From positions 1 to 26,855 of the IMG/VR virus record IMGVR_UViG_3300012942_000121: DNA of 26,855 nt; one strand, given 5' to 3'. The number at the start of each line of letters is the position of its first letter. Positions within the stretch are counted from its first letter, which is position 1. The position numbers and the translations under genes are program-made. Below the pieces are notes generated by a model. That model saw only the letters and a program-made list of their open reading frames with translations, made no database searches and was not told the origin of the DNA. This stretch comes from a virus (Duplodnaviria > Caudoviricetes). Below, in pieces: positions 25,600-26,855 of the stretch.

Positions 25600-25746
25600 C
25601 TAGACGAGACCAGTTGCACGAGCGAGCGCGAGCTTGATTGCCGACGACTCGACCTGTGCGCGGGACTGCGACGTGATGCGCTTCGTCACGTACGCGTGAA
25701 CGTTGACGTGCTGCGGTTTCTTCGGGATGTACTGCGGCTTGCTCAT
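25600..25746 (-). CDS. Small basic hypothetical protein
   Basis: 48 aa MSKPQYIPKKPQH...LARATGLV. ATG 25746 with CAGGAG SD. Confidence 0.7.
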   Translation of the reverse strand: MSKPQYIPKKPQHVNVHAYVTKRITSQSRAQVESSAIKLALARATGLV

Positions 25747-25767
25747 GTCTATCTCCTGTGTTGGTAC

Positions 25768-25803
25768 TGCTAAATGCACGCTCGCCAGAACGCGCATGTA
25801 GCA
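25768..25803 (-). promoter_or_regulatory. Long intergenic stem-loop, candidate RNase III processing site
   Basis: Minus strand TGCTACATGCGCGTTC-TGGC-GAGCGTGCATTTAGCA pairs 15 of 16 positions including G-U, with no U tract. It sits just upstream of an SD in the early region. Confidence 0.6.
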
Positions 25804-25829
25804 GCCCGGACTAGCCGGGCCATCAGGTG

Positions 25830-26090
25830 TTACGCAAGAGCACTCCAAATGCGTTCGACTGCCAGTGCGAAGGTGCCGTCGAGGGTCATGTGCAGAACCT
25901 CGTCAGCCGCTTCGTGATGCGTGACGTACTTCACGACGTACAGCGTCGCGACGATTCCGGTCATGACGATCACTCGCTTGCGCCAACGCACGCGGCAATG
26001 CTTGTCATGAATGGATTCCTGCTTAGTGGCCGCGTCTTCGTTGGCCTGACGGATCGCCGCGATCACGTCCTGAAGTTCGATGGCGGTCAT
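25830..26090 (-). CDS. Hypothetical membrane-associated protein
   Basis: 86 aa with AAGGAG SD. A basic patch RVRWRKR precedes the hydrophobic stretch VIVMTGIVATLYVV. Confidence 0.7.
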   Translation of the reverse strand: MTAIELQDVIAAIRQANEDAATKQESIHDKHCRVRWRKRVIVMTGIVATLYVVKYVTHHEAADEVLHMTLDGTFALAVERIWSALA

Positions 26091-26209
26091 TTGTTGCGCT
26101 CCTTAGTTGCAGTGTTGGACTTCGGATCAACCCGACCGACAAGGCCGGACACATTCGCTGCGACGACGCGACCATGCGCGTCATAGGTGTACACAATCTT
26201 TGGTTCCAT
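26087..26209 (-). CDS. Small hypothetical protein
   Basis: 40 aa MEPKIVYTYDAHGRVVAAN...KERNK with AAGGA SD and an ATGA overlap with the next gene. Confidence 0.55.
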   Translation of the reverse strand: MEPKIVYTYDAHGRVVAANVSGLVGRVDPKSNTATKERNK

Positions 26210-26222
26210 CTCGTCGCAGTCC

Positions 26223-26630
26223 TTAATAAATCGAAGACAAAGGAGCGGTGCGGACGAGGCGGGCCGAATCCTTCCAGAAGCACAGTTGGTTATCGCCGGG
26301 CAGTACGGCATCGACGAGTAGCTTGCGCTCGTCGAACGGACGCTCGTACATGAACGGCTGCGGATCAACGTCGTACACGGCGAGCCGGAAACCTTCTTCT
26401 TCGGCTTCGTTGAGCCACGCCGGATCGTTGAACCATTTGCGCAGTTGGTCGAGCGTGCCGAACCCGAACAGGTACTGACTCTCGATGTTCTGCGCGTTCA
26501 CCTTGTCCCAATGACGGGACAGGCGGCGGTCGCACCACGGCGTAGGCTGGTCGCCAGTGTCCGGGTGATACGCTTCGCCCGCGTTATACGGGCCGCGATG
26601 CGATTCGTTCTCTACGCGGTAGACTTCCAT
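26223..26630 (-). CDS. Conserved phage early protein (resembles T4 MotB.2, from memory)
   Basis: 135 aa from ATG 26630 with GAGGTG SD. Pattern VYRVE..GPY..P.P..D..Y.FGF....KWF..GF.LAVY.V..G..Q..F.K..A.LV. Confidence 0.7.
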   Translation of the reverse strand: MEVYRVENESHRGPYNAGEAYHPDTGDQPTPWCDRRLSRHWDKVNAQNIESQYLFGFGTLDQLRKWFNDPAWLNEAEEEGFRLAVYDVDPQPFMYERPFDERKLLVDAVLPGDNQLCFWKDSARLVRTAPLSSIY

Positions 26631-26640
26631 CGTGTCCACC

Positions 26641-26855
26641 TCATGCAGAGAGGTTCACGAAGAAAGCCGGATCGAACTCGGCCCAATCTGCCGCTTTGGG
26701 TCCGATAAGTTCGCCGCTCGTGACGGTGCCGTCCTGAACGAAGCCGACAGCGATGCAGTCTTGAGCCAGTTCGAGCGACAGCCGGTAGACCGCTGCGCGG
26801 GTCGCGATGCCGTCGCGTGGATACACCTCGACGACGAGCGTGCGTTCTGTGCCAA
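26641..26855 (-). CDS. Putative S-adenosylmethionine lyase-like protein, C-terminal part, truncated at the right edge
   Basis: The frame is open to the window edge: GTERTLVVEVYPRDGIATRAAVYRLSLELAQDCIAVGF...GELIGP. The E-x-T-x-x-V...RL...QDC-x-x-V pattern matches T3 SAMase as I recall it (TEEKTVRV...ARLACNEWEQDCVLV). Confidence 0.55.
   Translation of the reverse strand, partial: GTERTLVVEVYPRDGIATRAAVYRLSLELAQDCIAVGFVQDGTVTSGELIGPKAADWAEFDPAFFVNLSA

Noticed and set aside
24600-25619. 339-aa version of the HD protein, and similarly extended track ORFs at 15537-16637, 15274-15618, 10684-11037 and 21107-21436
   Set aside because: The extensions overlap better-supported upstream genes. Shorter starts have SDs or stop-start coupling.
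1-26855. CRISPR array, tRNA, rRNA, integrase, intron or intein
   Set aside because: No regularly spaced repeats or cloverleaf seen, intergenic gaps are too short, and both polymerases and the helicase are of normal length and uninterrupted.

Overview
This window is about 27 kb of a GC-rich (roughly 62-63% by eye) lytic-type podophage genome with phiKMV-like Autographiviridae organisation. Every credible gene is on the minus strand. In transcription order (right to left) it contains: (1) small early genes, including a truncated SAM-lyase-like gene, a tandem paralog pair and an HD phosphohydrolase; (2) a replication and nucleotide block of primase, helicase, family A DNA polymerase, SSB-like protein, 5'-3' exonuclease, endonuclease VII, DnaQ-like exonuclease, MazG-like protein, dNMP kinase and ATP-dependent ligase; (3) a single-subunit RNA polymerase at the end of the middle region; (4) structural genes for portal, scaffold, major capsid, tail tubular A and B and two internal virion proteins, the last running off the left edge. 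A 20-bp phage-promoter candidate (AATTCCGGTTCCTACACGAC) occurs twice. The copy after the RNAP gene is paired back-to-back with an inverted copy pointing antisense into the RNAP gene, whose C-terminal half has a visibly different codon usage. Other patterns are strong avoidance of several 6-bp palindromes, systematic TTG starts on replication enzymes, and a capsid gene insulated by terminators. The long plus-strand ORFs are antisense shadows. All family assignments come from motif recognition; no database searches were run.
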